The notes beneath the pieces are model-generated. The model was not told the origin of the DNA, searched no databases, and saw nothing but the letters and a program-made list of their open reading frames with translations. The position numbers and the translations under genes are program-made. A stretch of 64,000 nucleotides of DNA from the NCBI RefSeq assembly GCF_009914755.1, contig NC_060941.1; one strand, 5' to 3'. The stretch is from the human T2T-CHM13v2.0 reference genome, Homo sapiens. Below are positions 59,042 to 64,000 of the stretch, piece by piece. Each line of letters begins with the position of its first letter. Within the stretch, counting starts at the first letter, position 1.

Positions 59042-59419
59042 TAAGAGGCAGTCTCCAGTCCTCTCCCAAACCTGGTTACCACCTCTGAACCCATCCTATG
59101 CATTGGTTTCCTCAGCATGTAAGAAGTGTTCAGGCCAGGATAGAATAGAGCAGAACTGTCACCTCCACTGTCCTAGACGCTGTACTCCTCTTAATGCAAC
59201 CTAAGGTCAAACTTCAACATCCACACATCACACTGTCAACCCTGAGCAGAGCACCCCCATGAGCCTGAGTTTTTCTACACATTCTGTTGCACAGCCACAC
59301 TCCCTAGACCCTACACTCAAAGAACCTAGGCTAAGGCCTCCTCAAACCTGGCCACACACTGAGGAGCTTGTGCAGATTCTCAGGCCCCACCTCAGACCCA
59401 CTGGTGCTGACAGTAGTCA

Positions 59420-59803
<384 letters not shown>

Positions 59804-60224
59804 TTACTCTACAAGCTTGCGTGTATTTGCCTACATGACAAGCCTGCTGCCTCCTTCTCTCTGGCCATTAAATCCCATCTCCAGTTTCAGGTCCTCTCAA
59901 AGCCTCATCAGGCTGGCTTCTCTGGCCTGGCCTCCTGCAGAAAGCCCTTCCACCTAACAAAGCCCAGAGTCTTCTCTCATTCCTTTACCCCGCAGTCTGC
60001 CCTTGATCACTTGCAGCCTTGCAGAGCCACTAATTATAATCCATGTGTGTGTCCCTGGCTCCCCAGCTAGTCTTTGAGCTCCTGACTTCCTCTAGCCTGG
60101 GTCACCTCCCTCAAGGCTGTAAGATCCTGAGTCTCCTCCTAATGCTCTGTTTTGAGTTCCCTGTGAGCAAGACCAGGCTCACACTTCCCTTCTTTCCAAC
60201 ACACCACAGTAGAGGTTCACTGCT

Positions 60225-60912
60225 GAATGGTTGGATGGATGGATGGATGGATGGATGGATGGATGGATATGGAGGGATGGATGGAGGGATGGATGATTAG
60301 ATGGAGGGATGGATGGATGGATGGATGGATGATTGGATGGATGGATGGATGGATGGATGGATAGATGATTAGATGGATGGATGGATAGATGATTGGATGG
60401 ATGGATGGATGGATGGGTGATTAGATGGATGGATGGATGGATGGATAGATGGATGGATGGACCAATTGATCGATGGATGGATGGATGATTAAATGGATGA
60501 ATGGATGGATGACTGGATGGATGGATGGATGGATGGATGATTAGATGGATGATTAGATGGATGGATGGACCGATTGATCGATGGATGGATGGATGATTGG
60601 ATGGATGGATAGATGGATGGATGGATGGATGGATGGATGGATGGATTGATGGATGAATGATTAGATGGATGGATGGATGGATGGATAGATGGATGGATGG
60701 ACCGATTGATCGATGGATGGATGATTAAATGGATGAATGGATGGATGACTGGATGGATGGATGGATGGATGGATGGATGATTGGATGGATGATTAGATGG
60801 ATGGATGGATGGATGGATGGATGGATGGATAGATGGATAGATCAATGGATGGATCGATGGATGAATGATTGGATGGATGGATGGATGGATGGATGGATAG
60901 ACAGGTGGATGA
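60225..60912. repeat. Complex (GGAT)n array in a TRPV3 intron
   Basis: ~690 bp of GGAT with GATT/TAGA/GATC variant units. Confidence 0.97.
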
Positions 60913-61558
60913 GCAAATTAAATGAGAGAGTAAATAGATGGATGAATAAACAAGCAGGTGAAGGAGCAAATAAATAAGCAAATTGTGACCCAGAAAAGGT
61001 ACCAGACAGATGGAAACAGCTACCTAATTTCAAATGTCAATGGTCACTGAAGAAAAGAAAAAAAAGCAACTGGTACGTGGGGGAAAATGATATCTCTCTA
61101 TGCAGAGGTTAGAAATGCAACCAGATCGTGCTGTTCCCTCTGTTGTAAATGGAGAGATTTTAAGAGGGGGCTCCTTCCTGGTCCCAGCAGACCAGAGAGG
61201 CTCTCACAGTTGTATCTAAAGCAAACTGTGAGAGTAACGTGATGTGAAATCCAAAGGAAATCACCTCAGGGTATTAATTTGCTCCTACTTTGCAAAGACC
61301 ATCAGTTGAGTTTCTGTGGACTTTAGTTTCCGCATCTGTTAAAATGGGGCTGAAAACACTTGCAGAACCTATCTTAGGTCGTGAGGGCCACGTAAGCAAT
61401 GAATGGGAAAGCCAGAGGTATATACCACATGGTGAAGTTGGATTATGAGTGGCTGGCCTGGTTTGAATCCTGGAGTCTCTAAGCCTCAGTTACCTTATGA
61501 TCGGGGTGATGATTCCCACTTGATCAAGTTGTTGAGAGAAGTAAAAAGGTAATGCTTG

Positions 61559-61701
61559 ATTAGGAGATATACCTAATGTAAATGACGAGTTAATGGGTGC
61601 AGCATACCAACATGGCACATGTATACATATGTAACAAACCTGCATGTTGTGCACATGTACCCTAGAACTTAAAGTATAATAAAATATATATGTATATATA
61701 T
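61559..61701 (+). mobile_element. Very short L1PA 3'-end insertion
   Basis: L1 3'UTR terminus; perfect TSD AAAGGTAATGCTTG at 61545-61558 and 61702-61715. Confidence 0.9.
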
Positions 61702-61851
61702 AAAGGTAATGCTTGGAAAATGCCAAGCATGGCAAGTGCCCCACTGGTAGTTGGTCTAATTGTTGCCGAGGCCGCCATGCACTTTGCCATTTTGACATCT
61801 GTATAAAGTGTTTATAAATGTGGGAGTTACTATTATTTATAAATCAATTAC

Positions 61852-61918
61852 CTACTCCAAATCCAAGCAAAAACACGATATATACAAACAAGAACTTCAG
61901 AACATCATGCAAAATGAC
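61852..61918 (-). CDS. TRPV3: TRPV3 S5 exon (67 bp), VILHDVLKFLFVYIVFLLGFGV; upstream exons lie beyond the window end
   Basis: atag|GTC ... GTAG|gtaatt; hydrophobic S5 sequence; phase matches the pore exon. Confidence 0.97.
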
Positions 61919-62660
61919 CTATAAGGAAATAAACATAATTCAAGTGTAAGGTGCAAGCACATATTCACGGCACCCTGATCTTCCTGCTTCCCACCCTCTC
62001 CCACCCCCCACCCTAACTGTCTCTTCACTTGGGCCACTCTCCCTTCCCCCAGCCAAATCCTCCTGATGCTCCAAGGCTCAACACTGGATCCCGCCTCCTC
62101 CAGGAAGCCTTCTGTTTCTGCTCCAGCCCCAGGTTCTCTTCTCCCTGTGATTCACCCTGTACCTTTCACCATAGGGTCTCACACTGGAATCCTCACACTT
62201 GCTGGGGGCAGTGGCATGCTGGAGCCAGCTCAGAAGAGCTCGCAAGAGCTGATCGTTAAATTCTCATGAAGCTTGTGAGCTGGTTGTTAAACACAGCCAT
62301 TATTCAGAACTAAATCAATGAATAAGATGAATAAGTTCTGGGGATCTAATGGACAGCATGATGACTATAGTGAACAATACCGTGTTGTGTACTAGAAATT
62401 TGCTAAGAGAATAGATCATAAATGTTCTCACCACACACAAAGAAATGGCAACTATGTGAGGTGATGGGTGTGTTAATTGGAAATTGGAAATCATTTCACA
62501 ATATATACCTATATCAAATCCTCACATTGTACATCTTAAATTTATACAATTATATATGTCAGCTGTACCTCAATAAAGCTGGGGGTAAAGAAATTATTAT
62601 TTGTATTGCCAAAAAATTAAACCATATAAACTTACAATTAAATAAAATAAGTTATATTTA

Positions 62661-62960
<300 letters not shown>

Positions 62961-63189
62961 TTAATTAATTAATTAATTTAATTAAATAAAACAAAGACAA
63001 TAAATGTTCAAAACTCATCCCCGTCCAGTTATTTCACTATATTTACAATTGTGTGTGCTTTTGAGGTTACTTGTCTCTATCATAGCCATATGGCAGGAAT
63101 TCTAGAGCGATGTGGATCTGCATGTTTCTCCCTAACTCCATGTCCAGTAACATAATGTTGGTAGCTGGAAATTGGCCCTGAGAGGAGAA

Positions 63190-63915
<726 letters not shown>

Positions 63916-64000
63916 TATTTACATCATGAAAATTGGTAAATGCCACAAATCAGAGATTGATTGACTCATTGTTTTGTTGATATCTAGATCTAAATGATTT

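Noticed and set aside
60043-61033. ORFs of MDGW / IHPS repeats
   Set aside because: Translations of the (GGAT)n array.

Overview
Human (or closely related great-ape) genomic DNA, recognised from the spliced protein sequences as the SPATA22-ASPA-TRPV3 locus (17p13.2). The minus strand carries the 5' half of SPATA22: four coding exons at 3384-10227 and a CpG-island promoter at ~12.4-13.3 kb. The plus strand carries the complete six-exon ASPA CDS (17063-39984, 313 aa), with non-pathogenic alleles at the classic Canavan codons. The minus strand also carries the last five coding exons and 3'UTR of TRPV3 (CDS parts 54827-61918, poly(A) signal at 51432). The rest is dense in repeats: a full-length SVA, ~35 Alus, a near-full-length Tigger1, a solo LTR8 inside an AluJ, several L1 3' ends with TSDs, MER53/MER44/Tigger3/MaLR relics and a ~690-bp GGAT array. 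I found no new protein-coding gene. The most unusual structures are: (i) a truncated Alu bracketed by a 37-bp near-perfect inverted repeat instead of a TSD; (ii) a promoter-like motif and strong splice donor in the TRPV3 3'UTR that could splice into SPATA22 and nest all of ASPA in an antisense intron; (iii) a tail-to-tail inverted L1 pair just past the TRPV3 poly(A) site; (iv) an inverted Alu pair inside a Tigger1 in the extended ASPA 3' region; (v) uORFs abutting the SPATA22 and ASPA start codons. Repeat subfamily names come from remembered consensus sequences, and repeat boundaries are approximate.
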